A stretch of DNA of 64,000 nt from Nostoc sp. (GTDB taxonomy: Bacteria > Cyanobacteriota > Cyanobacteriia > Cyanobacteriales > Nostocaceae): contig JBALDB010000011.1 in assembly GCA_036918135.1 (NCBI GenBank), forward strand, positions 160,001-224,000, given 5' to 3'. The position numbers and the translations under genes are program-made. Positions 51,541-62,862 of the stretch are shown piece after piece. Positions within the stretch are counted from its first letter, which is position 1. Each line of letters opens with the position of its first letter. The notes under the pieces were generated by a model, which saw only the letters and a program-made list of their open reading frames with translations, had not been told where the DNA came from and searched no databases.

Positions 51541-52797
51541 TTAGGTTTTTCCTGCCATAACTGAGTTTTCTAGCAACACTTCCATTGCTGCTTGATATTG
51601 CAAATCAGCAGTTGTGCCAATCTCTTCGCGATTCAGGGGTGCTTGGGAAATCACTCGATCTGGCTTAATACCTAGTTTGTTAATATCCCGATGTTGAGGA
51701 GTTTCATACTTAGCAATTGTCACTGCTAAACCCGAACCATCTGATAATTCAAACAAAGATTGAATTAAACCCTTACCAAAAGTAGTTTCGCCTACCAATT
51801 GGGCACGCCCATTATCTTGGAGTGCGCCAGCAAGAATCTCACTCGCACTGGCAGTTCCTTGATTCACCAAAATCACCAAAGGATCGTTTGTCATGGCTGG
51901 GCCAGAAGCTTCAAAACTACCCTGAATGCCTTCTCGGTTAACAGTGTAGACAATAGTGCCAGAATCTAACCACAGACGGGCAATTTCAATTCCAGCTTGT
52001 AATAGCCCCCCAGGATTATTTCGCAAATCTAGAATGTAGGCAGCAGCGCCTTTTTTTTCTAGACTAGAAATAGTGTGTGCCAATTCCATAGAGGCGTTGG
52101 CATTAAATTGAGTCAGGCGAAGGTAGCCAATGGGTGTACCCTTTGGGGAAACACGCAATTCGGAAACCACAGGGTTAAGAGCAATGCGATCGCGTCTGAG
52201 TCTAATTTCTGTTTCTGCTTCTCCATCTCGTTCGATCAGGAGAGTTACAAGGCTGCCACTGGGCCCGCGCATTTTCGCCGCAGCTTCATCAAGGGTGAGA
52301 TTTTCAGTGGGAACACCTTCGATTTTGAGAATGCGATCGCGTGGTTTAATCCCCGCTTTATCTGCTGGTGAACCTGCGATGGGAGCCACTACTTCCAGCT
52401 TACCTGTTTCAGCATTGAGAGCAATTTGTAACCCCACTCCCGTCAGTTCCCCAGAAGTGTTTACCTGTAAGCTGCGGTATTGTTCTGGGTCTAAAAAGCG
52501 GGTAAAAGGGTCGTCAAGGCTCTTGAGCATCGTCTGAATCGCCGTATAAGCTGCATTGGAATCGCTAAGCGGCTTCTCCAAAACTTTTTGTCGAACTGCC
52601 GCCCAATTTTGATGATTAAACGTCTCATCCAGGTAAGTACGATTGACAATTCGCCAAACTTCAGAAACCAGCTTTTGTTGTGCCGTAAAAGCCAGTGTCG
52701 GCTGAGTAAGTGTACCCATAGCCAAACAAAATGCCATTAGCAGTGAAAATCCAACTCGGAAAAACTGTTTGTTCATGAACCCCATTATCAATTCCAC
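51541..52797 (-). CDS. ctpA: Carboxyl-terminal processing protease (D1 processing)
   Basis: PDZ GVGL, DLRNNPGG, TASASEI, TFGKG; divergent from petB. Confidence 0.9.
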   Translation of the reverse strand: MELIMGFMNKQFFRVGFSLLMAFCLAMGTLTQPTLAFTAQQKLVSEVWRIVNRTYLDETFNHQNWAAVRQKVLEKPLSDSNAAYTAIQTMLKSLDDPFTRFLDPEQYRSLQVNTSGELTGVGLQIALNAETGKLEVVAPIAGSPADKAGIKPRDRILKIEGVPTENLTLDEAAAKMRGPSGSLVTLLIERDGEAETEIRLRRDRIALNPVVSELRVSPKGTPIGYLRLTQFNANASMELAHTISSLEKKGAAAYILDLRNNPGGLLQAGIEIARLWLDSGTIVYTVNREGIQGSFEASGPAMTNDPLVILVNQGTASASEILAGALQDNGRAQLVGETTFGKGLIQSLFELSDGSGLAVTIAKYETPQHRDINKLGIKPDRVISQAPLNREEIGTTADLQYQAAMEVLLENSVMAGKT

Positions 52798-53299
52798 CTC
52801 AACCCAATTGCCTAGAATTGCCCACTTGTCCTGTTGTTGATGAAATCTATCTCTCGATTATGTTACTTTTTTTATAGAAGTGGTGCATTCTTCTCATCAA
52901 GTTATTTACTCAACTGATGCAGTTCATCCCACTCAGCAAACGATAAAATCTACTTTGTGCCCACCATTTTGTGTGTGAGGCATAAAGAGACCGCAATACA
53001 TTCCATCTTTACAGAGTGTAAAGTTTCTGAAAACTCTCTAGCACGCTCAAAGCTCACAAACAAAAAAGTCCCCTTTACTAAAATCCCAAAATTGCTAATT
53101 GGGAGAGAAGTCACGACTCGGCGGCTTCTAGAAAGTCCGCAGAGGGTTATGCTGCTACTCTAGCCTGTGGCATCCCTTGGGAGAAGCTCGAAAGCCAAAC
53201 TCACAAAATGCCGAGGCTTGGAACCCTTGAAACTTACGTCGCCGATTTACAACTTCGGAATTTATCAAACGCAACCGATTCTTAGGAACTTGAGATTGT

Positions 53300-53947
53300 A
53301 TGGCCAACGTTTACGACTGGTTTGAGGAACGCCTGGAAATTCAAGCGATCGCCGAAGACGTTACTAGCAAGTACGTCCCTCCCCACGTCAACATCTTTTA
53401 CTGCCTGGGTGGAATTACCCTAACTTGCTTTTTGATCCAGTTTGCCACTGGATTTGCCATGACGTTCTACTACAAGCCAACAGTCGCTGAAGCTTTCTCC
53501 TCAGTGGAGTACATCATGAATGAAGTGAACTTCGGTTGGCTAATTCGCTCCATCCATCGCTGGTCTGCCAGCATGATGGTATTGATGATGATTTTGCACG
53601 TCTTCCGGATTTACTTGACTGGTGGTTTCAAAAAGCCCCGCGAACTGACCTGGATAAGTGGTGTCATCCTGGCTGTAATCACCGTTTCCTTTGGTGTTAC
53701 CGGCTATTCCCTGCCTTGGGACCAAGTTGGTTACTGGGCTGTGAAAATTGTTAGCGGTGTACCAGAAGCAATTCCTGTGGTTGGTGTTCTAATCTCCGAC
53801 CTTTTGCGTGGTGGTTCGAGTGTTGGTCAAGCAACACTGACTCGTTACTACAGCGCACATACCTTTGTTTTGCCTTGGTTAATTGCAGTTTTCATGCTGT
53901 TTCACTTCTTGATGATTCGCAAACAAGGGATTTCTGGTCCTTTGTAA
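53300..53947 (+). CDS. petB: Cytochrome b6
   Basis: [21 protein letters not shown], heme-ligand His residues, QGISGPL. Confidence 0.99.
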   Translation: MANVYDWFEERLEIQAIAEDVTSKYVPPHVNIFYCLGGITLTCFLIQFATGFAMTFYYKPTVAEAFSSVEYIMNEVNFGWLIRSIHRWSASMMVLMMILHVFRIYLTGGFKKPRELTWISGVILAVITVSFGVTGYSLPWDQVGYWAVKIVSGVPEAIPVVGVLISDLLRGGSSVGQATLTRYYSAHTFVLPWLIAVFMLFHFLMIRKQGISGPL

Positions 53948-54208
53948 TCTTAAGGATTAGCAAAAGGCAACATTTGTCAGTTTCCAGATCGAGATTGTTT
54001 GTTCTAAACTTATGAAACACAAGAAATTAAGTTCTACATAAGTTACAAAAAACAAACACTTGTATCGCAAGCCAAAAGCTTTAGACGCCCTCAAAGCGGC
54101 TGACCGTAGATAAACACAACGCTGCTAGCCGCTTGCTAGGGTTGCCTAGTAGCCGATGGCTTTCAAGAAATGCTTTAATTCAACTTAAGCAGGAGAGCAC
54201 ATTTAAAA

Positions 54209-54691
54209 ATGGCAACACAGAAAAAACCGGATCTGAGCGATCCCAAATTAAGAGCCAAACTGGCTAAAGGTATGGGTCACAATTACTATGGTGAACCTGC
54301 TTGGCCTAATGACCTACTTTACGTGTTTCCCATTGTAATTATGGGTTCGTTCGCTGCAATTGTAGCTCTAGCTGTGCTAGATCCAGCTATGACGGGTGAA
54401 CCAGCAGATCCTTTCGCTACACCATTGGAAATTTTACCAGAGTGGTACTTATACCCAGTGTTCCAAATTTTGCGATCGCTTCCTAACAAACTTTTAGGAG
54501 TGTTAGCAATGGCTTCTGTACCTTTGGGGCTAATCCTGGTTCCTTTTATTGAGAACGTGAATAAGTTCCAAAACCCCTTCCGTCGTCCAGTTGCAACCGC
54601 AGTCTTCCTTTTTGGTACCTTTGTCACCCTGTGGTTAGGTATTGGTGCTGCGCTTCCATTGGATAAATCTTTGACCTTGGGACTATTCTAA
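54209..54691 (+). CDS. petD: Cytochrome b6-f complex subunit IV
   Basis: [22 protein letters not shown]. Confidence 0.99.
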   Translation: MATQKKPDLSDPKLRAKLAKGMGHNYYGEPAWPNDLLYVFPIVIMGSFAAIVALAVLDPAMTGEPADPFATPLEILPEWYLYPVFQILRSLPNKLLGVLAMASVPLGLILVPFIENVNKFQNPFRRPVATAVFLFGTFVTLWLGIGAALPLDKSLTLGLF

Positions 54692-54711
54692 ATTAGTCAC
54701 CAGATAGTGCT

Positions 54712-54773
54712 TTGACGCCTGTGAGTTTTAAGAGCATCTGCAAATGTGCTTTTAAAAATTTAACAGGCGTCAA
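54712..54773 (+). terminator. Long hairpin after petD
   Basis: TTGACGCCTGT ... ACAGGCGTCAA followed by TTTT. Confidence 0.7.
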
Positions 54774-55287
54774 TTTTAATAGTTCGGCTTAGATATTGGA
54801 TTTGAAGTTTTGGATGAAAAAGCCTTAGAATTGGGTATTTATGAGTCTAAAGTCAGAATTGATTAGAAGTTTAAGATGATTGATATGTTCATCGATCGAA
54901 TATTCTCCTGATTCTTTAAGTATTCTGACTCTCTGTTGGAATAGCGTCCCGCTTTGAAGTTTCACTCTCAGGAAGCCTTAGGTGCAACTTGAAAGCGAAT
55001 TCTGACACCAAGCCGCGCAGTGTCTTTGACTTGCTCTTAAATTCTGGATTGTTACGCAAAAGCAATTCCAAAATTTAAAACTACTAAAAGTCAACAAATA
55101 CAAACATTTTTCACTTACTCAATGGTAAGTTGCTAGTTACAACCCTAAAATGCCAAAATTGTTCATGTTTTGTATTTTGTTACACAGAATATGTCAATTT
55201 AGATTTTTAGATGTCAAAGAAATTTTGCAAAAAGCGCAAAATTTAATCACTAGCAATTTGGGTTTACTTTTATTTAAGTCAAAGTTA

Positions 55288-55752
55288 GTGCTTACCATAG
55301 TGCAGCAAGACCATCTGACGGTTAGGAGCGAACTTAGTCTCCTAAACGAAGTCCAAGAATGGTTTGAGCAATTTTGTTTAGAACATTTGTCTCAACTTGG
55401 TTGGTCAAAAACCCAACTCGATCGCCTTAATTTAGCATTAGCAGAAGGCTTTACTAATGCTGTTCGTCACGCTCATCATGCTTTACCACCAGAAACCACC
55501 ATTGACATAGGCGTTTATCTATGGATTGACCGACTAGAGATTAAAATTTGGGATTATGGAAAACCTTTCAATCCTGACGCGATTCCAGAGCCGAAGCCAG
55601 GCAGTCTTATAGTAGGTGGATACGGATGGTTTCTCCTACGACGTTTGGCTGACCGTGTTGTTTACGAACGTGTTGCAGATGGGAGAAATTGTCTGCTGAT
55701 TGTCAAATATTCTACAAAAGTACAAAAATCAAAGTCAGGCATTCAAGGATAA
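55288..55752 (+). CDS. RsbW-like anti-sigma factor kinase (HATPase_c_2)
   Basis: LALAEGFTNAVRHAH, IWDYGKPFNP, GGYGWFLL; likely GTG start at 55288. Confidence 0.88.
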   Translation: MLTIVQQDHLTVRSELSLLNEVQEWFEQFCLEHLSQLGWSKTQLDRLNLALAEGFTNAVRHAHHALPPETTIDIGVYLWIDRLEIKIWDYGKPFNPDAIPEPKPGSLIVGGYGWFLLRRLADRVVYERVADGRNCLLIVKYSTKVQKSKSGIQG

Positions 55753-56071
55753 TCAGGGAAAAAATAGTTTTGCTCCCAATTTGAGATTTTGTGGAAAGTA
55801 TGTAGCAAGTGTATTGCCTTAGAGCAGTTCCTTTGCACGTGAATTGGAGTATTATGTTTTTTCAGTGAAATTGCTTAACTATTATAATTTTTTGATGAAA
55901 AATTAAAGAGCAATCCTTGTATAAAAAGAATTTACTGAATACAGTAAAGATAGCATTCGAGTTATAGAACCTCCTTTGTTAAGATTTGTCAGCAGTGTTG
56001 AGAGTCTTATTTTTGTTCTCCAACAAGTGCCATTTAGTGCTTAAAGAGATAGAAGATATAGAGGACAGAAT

Positions 56072-57085
56072 ATGACTAAGACAGCCCTAATTACAGGAAT
56101 CACTGGTCAAGATGGCTACTATCTCAGCCATTTGCTCCTCAATCAAGGTTACCGAGTTGTAGGATTAGTACCCCCACACCGACAACCTAATTTGACAAAA
56201 TTAGGAACACTGGCAAATCAGGTAGAAATTTTTACGGTAGATTTGAGAGATAGTATGGCGCTGTTGACTGCTGTTGAACAACTGCGTCCTCAAGAAATTT
56301 ATAATTTAGCAGCTCCAAGTTTTGTACCCGATTCTTGGAACGATCCCTTAGGAACTCTAGATTTAATAACTGGTACAGCTACTAGGCTGTTAGAAGCAGT
56401 ACGACAAGTTGGTTTGTCTACCAGATTTTATCAAGCCAGCAGTTCGGAAATGTTTGGTGATGTCTTGTTTTCGCCTCAAGATGAGGAAACTCCTTTTCGG
56501 CCGAAAAATCCTTATGCTGCGGCCAAGATGCACGCCCACTGGACAATGGTGCATCACAGACAGCGCTATGGACTATTTGCCTGTAGCGGAATTTTATATA
56601 ATCACGAGTCTCCTCTACGCGCACCTCAGTTTGTCACACGCAAAGTTTCTTTAGCAGTTGCATCGATTAAATTAGGTTTAACTGACACTTTACAAATAGG
56701 TAACCTAGATGCCAAACGCGATTGGGGCTTTGCGGGAGACTATGTAGAAGCTATGTGGCGAATGTTGCAGGTAGATAAACCAGAAGAATACGTGATTGGT
56801 ACAGGGAGGCTACACAGTGTGAGAGACTTAGTAGCTACAGCCTTTGAGTCAGTAGAATTGGATTGGACAAACCATGTAATCATCAATACTAACTTATTGC
56901 GACAAGACGAGCATTTTCAATTAGTTGCTAACCCTACTAAAGCTAAAACAAACCTTGGTTGGGAACCACAAGTCAGCTTTGAGGAACTTTTAGAAAAAAT
57001 GGTAAAAACAGATTTAGAGCAGTTACAAAGCGGTGCATTGGATGAAGTTCTTGCCGCAGGCATCGCCCCCTTGCCACGAGTGTAA
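56072..57085 (+). CDS. gmd: GDP-mannose 4,6-dehydratase
   Basis: ITGITGQDG, YQASSSEMFG, PYAAAK, NHESP, FVTRK, RDWG. Confidence 0.95.
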   Translation: MTKTALITGITGQDGYYLSHLLLNQGYRVVGLVPPHRQPNLTKLGTLANQVEIFTVDLRDSMALLTAVEQLRPQEIYNLAAPSFVPDSWNDPLGTLDLITGTATRLLEAVRQVGLSTRFYQASSSEMFGDVLFSPQDEETPFRPKNPYAAAKMHAHWTMVHHRQRYGLFACSGILYNHESPLRAPQFVTRKVSLAVASIKLGLTDTLQIGNLDAKRDWGFAGDYVEAMWRMLQVDKPEEYVIGTGRLHSVRDLVATAFESVELDWTNHVIINTNLLRQDEHFQLVANPTKAKTNLGWEPQVSFEELLEKMVKTDLEQLQSGALDEVLAAGIAPLPRV

Positions 57086-57095
57086 ATAATCAAAT

Positions 57096-58283
57096 ATGCT
57101 CATTAATACAGTGACAGAAAACTTAGAATTAGGTAATAAAGTTAACCAAAAAACTAACCACGTTTTCGTGTTCTTAGAAATTTTTGCCCAAGAAGGCGGT
57201 ATTCAATCATATATAAAAGATATTTTTCGAGCTTATTTAAAATTGAATCAAGGCTATAAGGGGGAAGTTTTTTTACTGCGAGATAGTCCTAATTGCTTAA
57301 ATTATTTTGCAGACGAAAATTTAAAATTTCATTACTATAAAAATCACTCTCCCCATTTGGGAAGAGTCAAAATGGCAGCAGCTTTACTCAAGTGTCTATT
57401 ACAAAACCGTCCGCAGCAAGTTTTCTGCGGTCACATTAACTTAGCAGTATTAATCCAAACCCTTTGTCAGCCCTTGGGGATTCCCTACACCGTACTAACT
57501 TACGGTAAAGAAGTCTGGGAACCGCTCAAAAGTCAAGAACGTCGCGCCCTAGTATCAGCAGCAGGAATTTGGACAATTAGTCGCTACAGCCGCGATCGCG
57601 CTTGTGTTGCCAATGGTCTAGACCCTAAAATGATACAGATGATGCCTTGTGCAATTGATGGGGATAAATTCACCCCCGGTTGCAAACAGCCAGAATTAGT
57701 TGAAAAGTACGGCTTAACTGGTGCTAAGGTGTTAATGACAGTGGCAAGGCTGTGGTCGGGGGATATTTACAAAGGCGTAGATGTCACGATTCGAGCGTTA
57801 CCACAAATTGCCGAGGTTTTCCCAGAAGTAAAATATTTAGTGATTGGTCGTGGTGATGACCAACCGCGATTAGCTCAACTTGCCAAAGATTTAAATGTGA
57901 GCGAGCGCGTTGTGTTTGCTGGTTTCGTTGCCACAGAAAAATTAATGGAACATTATCGCCTTGCTGATGCCTATATTATGCCTTCTCAAGAAGGCTTCGG
58001 CATCGTCTATTTAGAGGCAATGGCTTGCCAAGTACCTGTATTATCTGGTGACGACGATGGGTCAGCTGACCCCTTGCAGGATGGTAAGCTAGGATGGCAA
58101 GTACCACACCGCAATCCTGATGCTGTAGCAGCAGCTTGTATAGAGATGCTGCAAGGCAATGACCAGCGATGTAATGGAGAATGGCTACGAAAACAAGCGA
58201 TCGCTATGTTTGGCTTGGATGCATTTGGGTTGAAGTTGCAACAGCTGCTTCTATCCTCAGTCCTCAGTCCTAATTACAAATGA
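57096..58283 (+). CDS. Glycosyltransferase family 4
   Basis: GGIQ, VARL..YKG, EGFGIVYLEAMA. Confidence 0.93.
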   Translation: MLINTVTENLELGNKVNQKTNHVFVFLEIFAQEGGIQSYIKDIFRAYLKLNQGYKGEVFLLRDSPNCLNYFADENLKFHYYKNHSPHLGRVKMAAALLKCLLQNRPQQVFCGHINLAVLIQTLCQPLGIPYTVLTYGKEVWEPLKSQERRALVSAAGIWTISRYSRDRACVANGLDPKMIQMMPCAIDGDKFTPGCKQPELVEKYGLTGAKVLMTVARLWSGDIYKGVDVTIRALPQIAEVFPEVKYLVIGRGDDQPRLAQLAKDLNVSERVVFAGFVATEKLMEHYRLADAYIMPSQEGFGIVYLEAMACQVPVLSGDDDGSADPLQDGKLGWQVPHRNPDAVAAACIEMLQGNDQRCNGEWLRKQAIAMFGLDAFGLKLQQLLLSSVLSPNYK

Positions 58284-58725
58284 CCATAATGACTAAAATT
58301 GCTATTTAAGAGCGTGAGAAACTGTGACTAAAATGTTGGACACAGCTAATATTAATAGATATTTTGTCCAATAGAAAACTTGCTATACTTGTAAGAGCGC
58401 AAAAACCAAGCAAAGAAATTAAGGCTTGAGAACCTTTATAGAACTTTTAAGAGTAGCCCACCTGTTTTCAAGTGACTCTTGAAGTCCAAAAAACCCTGAT
58501 AATACCAAATTGGTGGATTAAAGTACTAAAGTTTCTCAAAATTTCACTTAAAGATAATTTAATTTATAACTAGGGTAAGCTTTATCCGAGCTTAAACCTG
58601 TAAAGTGGTAAATGCTGACACTGTCAGAAGAAAGCAGGAAACAATCTGGGCAATGTCTAACAAAGTTGAAGTTTATTTAACTTTATCCAAATGTTGTAGA
58701 GCGGAGAGCAGGACGACATTTAAAA

Positions 58726-59094
58726 ATGAGCTTTAAGTCATTTCAATTGAATCTTTTAAATCTTCGTCCCTGGCTGACTCTGCTAGCAGTTATTTGGTTG
58801 CTAGCATCACTAGGCTTGGGTTGGTTAGTAAATTCGTTGTTAATTATTTTTGGGTTGCTGTTGTTAGCACCCATTGTGGCTTTCTTTGGTTTTCGTTGGT
58901 GGCTGCAACGCAACTTGATTGCTGACCAATGTCCCGTATGTAGATATGAATTTACAGCTTTAAATAATAGCCAGGTACAGTGTCCTAACTGTGGTGAGTC
59001 GTTATTAGTACATAATCATTTTCAGCGCTTGACACCAGCAGGCACTATTGATATCAAGGCAATTGAAGTACCAACCCAATCATTGGAAGATTAG
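58726..59094 (+). CDS. Hypothetical membrane protein with zinc ribbon
   Basis: Two TM helices, CPVC and CPNC. Confidence 0.8.
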   Translation: MSFKSFQLNLLNLRPWLTLLAVIWLLASLGLGWLVNSLLIIFGLLLLAPIVAFFGFRWWLQRNLIADQCPVCRYEFTALNNSQVQCPNCGESLLVHNHFQRLTPAGTIDIKAIEVPTQSLED

Positions 59095-59309
59095 TCATTG
59101 GTAACTGACAAATGATAAAGAGCAAAGTCTCTAGACGCTTCTGCTACTTCCTGCAGGGTGCGTCGGCTTGGGGCAATCTGATGTCACTGAAGGAGCCGGG
59201 AGAGACACTAGTCGAGCAGTGGCTCAACGGCTGTTCCTTTAAGTAGGGGAAAAGAGCCAACGGACAGCTCAACTTTGCAGGAGAGGACGAAGCACAAATT
59301 GATTAATGA

Positions 59310-59741
59310 CTATTTCTTTTGTTGCGAGATTGAGAGGATGTAGTTATACTGCTGCCCGGATAGTTCGCCTACATATAGTGAGTATTTTCCTGCTTGCCAG
59401 TAACCAGAAAGTTCTGGTTTGCCTCCAGAGTAATTATCTGCTTGTACGCAAAACTTTCCTCCAGGCCCGTCAATCAACAGGGTTGGTTTACCTTGGCTCT
59501 CTAGTGTTAATCGTAAGTAAGGCAGTGATTCTGTAACTTGAATAATTTGATTAGGTGCAGTGGTGATATTACCACACTTACTTTTGACAGACCCCCCAGA
59601 CTTTCCGTTCAAGACTAGCGGATCTGGTTGCAAATTCCGATTAATTTCGATGTGTGGTGTTTGTGCTAAATTAGCCTCAGTAAAAATTAAACCGATCGCT
59701 AAAGCTGTAGGAACAATCGTCAATAGACTAAACGCCTTCAT
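59310..59741 (-). CDS. Hypothetical secreted protein
   Basis: Likely ATG at 59741 with signal peptide ending ANLAQ; PTLLIDGP..C..D, G.Y.LYVG. Confidence 0.75.
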   Translation of the reverse strand: MKAFSLLTIVPTALAIGLIFTEANLAQTPHIEINRNLQPDPLVLNGKSGGSVKSKCGNITTAPNQIIQVTESLPYLRLTLESQGKPTLLIDGPGGKFCVQADNYSGGKPELSGYWQAGKYSLYVGELSGQQYNYILSISQQKK

Positions 59742-60158
59742 TTTAATTAATGCTCCAGATTTTTCTAGAGCAGTATAGTTATGTATACTCTGATTCAAAA
59801 GACGACAGCAATTCCTACTTTGTTCCAAAAATAGTCGTATATTTTAATACCGCTAAACATAGGATTGTGTGGAGAAATTTAGAGAAGTCAGATCTGCAAA
59901 TAGATGGCTTATGAGTCGAATTTAGTGAAGTTAATAATTCATATTAAGAAAATTTTAATAGTTATAATTTTTACATTTTGTCTAAAGGTTAGTACTGATA
60001 ACAGAAAGTAGGTTGGAAGATAAAAGAAAAAAATATAATTTTTCCCTGCCGAGAAACGTCTTGTAAGACAGACATTAGCTAAAATCACTAACACAACCAC
60101 CAAAGTAGAATTTGGTTGGTATGTTGTTGAACAAGTGTCCTAGCTGAGGTAGGAAAAA

Positions 60159-60506
60159 TTGATGAACCCTCAAAGAGAAGAAGACTTGCAGCGTCGCCTC
60201 AATAAGCTAGAGGCAGAGATTAATTCCTCACCCAAGGTGGTTCCCCAATCACCGGAACAAAAACAGACATCTGAGTTTAGTTTTGCTAACTTAAACTTGC
60301 AACTAGAGCGATTTCGGATCTGGTTTGGGAGTTTATCAGGGGCGAAAAAGCTGTTGTTTTCGGGTGCAGCAGTGCTATTGAGCTTGGCGATAGTGCAAGC
60401 AGTATTTAAACTGGTTGCATCTGTAATCAGTCTGGCAGTTTTAGCAGTGTTAGTGTATGTTGGATACAAATTTTTTGTATCTAGTAGCTTTGAACGTAAG
60501 CGATAG
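60159..60506 (+). CDS. Hypothetical membrane protein
   Basis: N-terminal coiled coil and C-terminal hydrophobic hairpin. Confidence 0.75.
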   Translation: MMNPQREEDLQRRLNKLEAEINSSPKVVPQSPEQKQTSEFSFANLNLQLERFRIWFGSLSGAKKLLFSGAAVLLSLAIVQAVFKLVASVISLAVLAVLVYVGYKFFVSSSFERKR

Positions 60507-60561
60507 TCTATTTTAATTGTGCCAATGAAGGCGTAGAAATAATGTCAAAGGGAATTATGCG

Positions 60562-62721
60562 ATGACGACACCAACTGTGAGGAGAAGTAATCAATCTGGT
60601 CAGTCACAAGAACCAGAAAGAGCCAATTCGCTGCTGCTAGCCAGCAGGCGTTTTGCTGCTTGGGCGGCTGAAATCACACTAGTGGTTACTAGTGGGTTGA
60701 TTCCCTTTGGCATTGGTGTCTATGCCAATTCTAGAAGCGATCTCAACCGAGTGCCGCTCAATCCCGTACTGGTAACAACGGAAAGAGCGATCGCCAGGCC
60801 ATTAGCTTTGCCCGTTAGCTATGGCATTCGTAACGTAGCATGGCCGACTAATTTTTTGTGGACAATCGCGATATTAGCGCCTGTAACTCTTTCATGGTGG
60901 CAATTGTATTTATTGGGTAAAACTGGTAGCACAATTCCCAAACGTTGGCTAGGAGTGCGGGTTGTCAACGACCAAGGAGCGGCACCTGGTTTGGCAGCAG
61001 TTGCGATCAGAGAAGGAGTTGGTCGTTGGACTATACCTATTTCCATCGCTTACCTGCTGTGGCGTTACAGCTTTGCTTTTCCTAATTTAGGATTATTCAC
61101 ATTTTTAGCTGTGTTAATGGTGCTGGGTGAAGGGATAGCTTTGCCGTCCCGTCACGGGGGGCGTCGCGCGCTGCACGATCGACTTGCAAATACTTATAGT
61201 ATAGATGCGACTCGTCCCTTGCCAGTTTCACTTTTTGCTCACAAACAAATCCAGTCTACTAGCGATAGCGATCGCCAAGCAGAAGAATGGCAGCAGGGAA
61301 ATGCAGAATTAGCCCCAGCCGCAACTAAAACACCTCATCTGTGGCGGCGCATACAGCAAAATCCCAATCTGATTTTGTTTGGAGTAGGGCTGGTAAGCAT
61401 GACTGCTGTGCTGGCAACTTTAATAGGTACTCAAGTTTATATCCAAATTCAACAATCTCAGCGAGCAACCAAGCAAATCAACAGCCAACAGTTCCTCGAA
61501 CTTGTCAAACAATTGAGTCCCGACTCTGGGGCTACCAATGAACAACGCCAAAGTGCAATTTTGGCCTTGGGTGGTCTCAAAGATCCACAGTCGATTCAAT
61601 TTCTCGCGGATCTCTTGGTGAAGGAAACCAACCCCAGCCTCTTAGATACAATCCAACAAGCCCTGACAAGTATCGGCCCGAAAGCCATCCCCGAATTAAA
61701 AAATAAGAATCAATTTCTGGTGAGTGAACTGGAGTCTTTGAACAGCAGTGCGACTCAAGAGCGAGAATTGCGGCAAGGGCGGCTACAAAGAAACCAGCAG
61801 ACAATCAATAAAATTCTGTCTGTTTCTAGTGGGAAAATCGAGGGTGTCGATCTCAGTCGCATCCAATTAGGTCAAAGCAGTACTCCAGGTAATTCCTCAT
61901 TTAACTTGGTACTAGACAACATTGATATGTCAGGAGTTAAATTAAAATCTGCAAATCTGAACCAAGCCAGTTTTAAGGCTAGCCGCTTTCGTAGCGTGGG
62001 TGAAGATGGACGTTGGGATACTTTCGACGATGTGATGGCTGATTTAAGCCAAGCTCAGTTGCAGCAAGCTAATCTTACTGATGCCAATCTTAGCCGAGTT
62101 TTGATGAACCGTACCGATTTGAGTCGGGCCACTCTCAACAGAGCCAACTTATCCAATGCCCGTTTGTATGAGGCTAAACTCAACAGCACCCAACTAGTAG
62201 GAGCCGATCTGCGAAACGCAGTCTTAGAACAAGCCAGCTTAACTGGGGCAGATTTAGGTGACGCCAAATTGAACGAAGCCAATCTTTACGCTGCACGTTT
62301 AGGTCGCGTTACTGCCATAGGAACACAATTATCCTTTGCTAACTTAACTAACACCGATTGGGAAGGGGCAGATTTATCAGGAGCATATTTAGATCGGGCT
62401 AATCTCAGCAATGCTAACCTGAGTGCGACTCGTCTGACCGGTGCTGTTTTACGTTCTGCTCAGATGCAAAACGTTAACTTGCAAAATGCCGACCTTAGTC
62501 TTGCAGATCTACGGGGAGCAAATCTAGCCGGAGCAAATTTTCAAGGAACAATTCTCGCTCCTAGCAAACAAGACCCAGCCGATCAATTTGTCCAAACCCC
62601 AGATTTAGGCTCAGTATCTGCCGTAGTTCAAGGCGTTGATTTTTCTCAAGCCAAAAATTTAGATTCTAAGCAACTAGCGTATATTTGTACACAAGGAGGC
62701 ATTCATCCCCGTTGCCCGTAA
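60562..62721 (+). CDS. hglK: RDD + HEAT + pentapeptide-repeat protein, HglK-like
   Basis: RDD-type membrane region (RRFAAW ... RRALHD..A.T), long A(N/D)LxX pentapeptide array, 719 aa; architecture matches heterocyst glycolipid localisation protein HglK. Confidence 0.75.
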   Translation: MTTPTVRRSNQSGQSQEPERANSLLLASRRFAAWAAEITLVVTSGLIPFGIGVYANSRSDLNRVPLNPVLVTTERAIARPLALPVSYGIRNVAWPTNFLWTIAILAPVTLSWWQLYLLGKTGSTIPKRWLGVRVVNDQGAAPGLAAVAIREGVGRWTIPISIAYLLWRYSFAFPNLGLFTFLAVLMVLGEGIALPSRHGGRRALHDRLANTYSIDATRPLPVSLFAHKQIQSTSDSDRQAEEWQQGNAELAPAATKTPHLWRRIQQNPNLILFGVGLVSMTAVLATLIGTQVYIQIQQSQRATKQINSQQFLELVKQLSPDSGATNEQRQSAILALGGLKDPQSIQFLADLLVKETNPSLLDTIQQALTSIGPKAIPELKNKNQFLVSELESLNSSATQERELRQGRLQRNQQTINKILSVSSGKIEGVDLSRIQLGQSSTPGNSSFNLVLDNIDMSGVKLKSANLNQASFKASRFRSVGEDGRWDTFDDVMADLSQAQLQQANLTDANLSRVLMNRTDLSRATLNRANLSNARLYEAKLNSTQLVGADLRNAVLEQASLTGADLGDAKLNEANLYAARLGRVTAIGTQLSFANLTNTDWEGADLSGAYLDRANLSNANLSATRLTGAVLRSAQMQNVNLQNADLSLADLRGANLAGANFQGTILAPSKQDPADQFVQTPDLGSVSAVVQGVDFSQAKNLDSKQLAYICTQGGIHPRCP

Positions 62722-62723
62722 AA

Positions 62724-62830
62724 TGAGATGAGGGAGATGAGGAGATGAGGAGATGAGGAGATGGGGACATGGGAGAGAATTTCACCCCCATCACCCCACC
62801 ACCCCAATGCCCCATACCCTATGCCCAATG
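62724..62830. repeat. Inverted octamer/heptamer tandem repeats
   Basis: gatgagga units followed by cacccca/tgcccca units. Confidence 0.7.
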
Positions 62831-62862
62831 ACAATTGAGAAAATGGTGTGAGGAATTGGGTT

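Noticed and set aside
52957..53163. 68-aa ORF upstream of petB
   Set aside because: Divergent promoter/5' leader region, no RBS or motif
55288..55752. RsbW-like kinase as part of the STAS module
   Set aside because: About 19 kb away among core genes; the module has its own kinase
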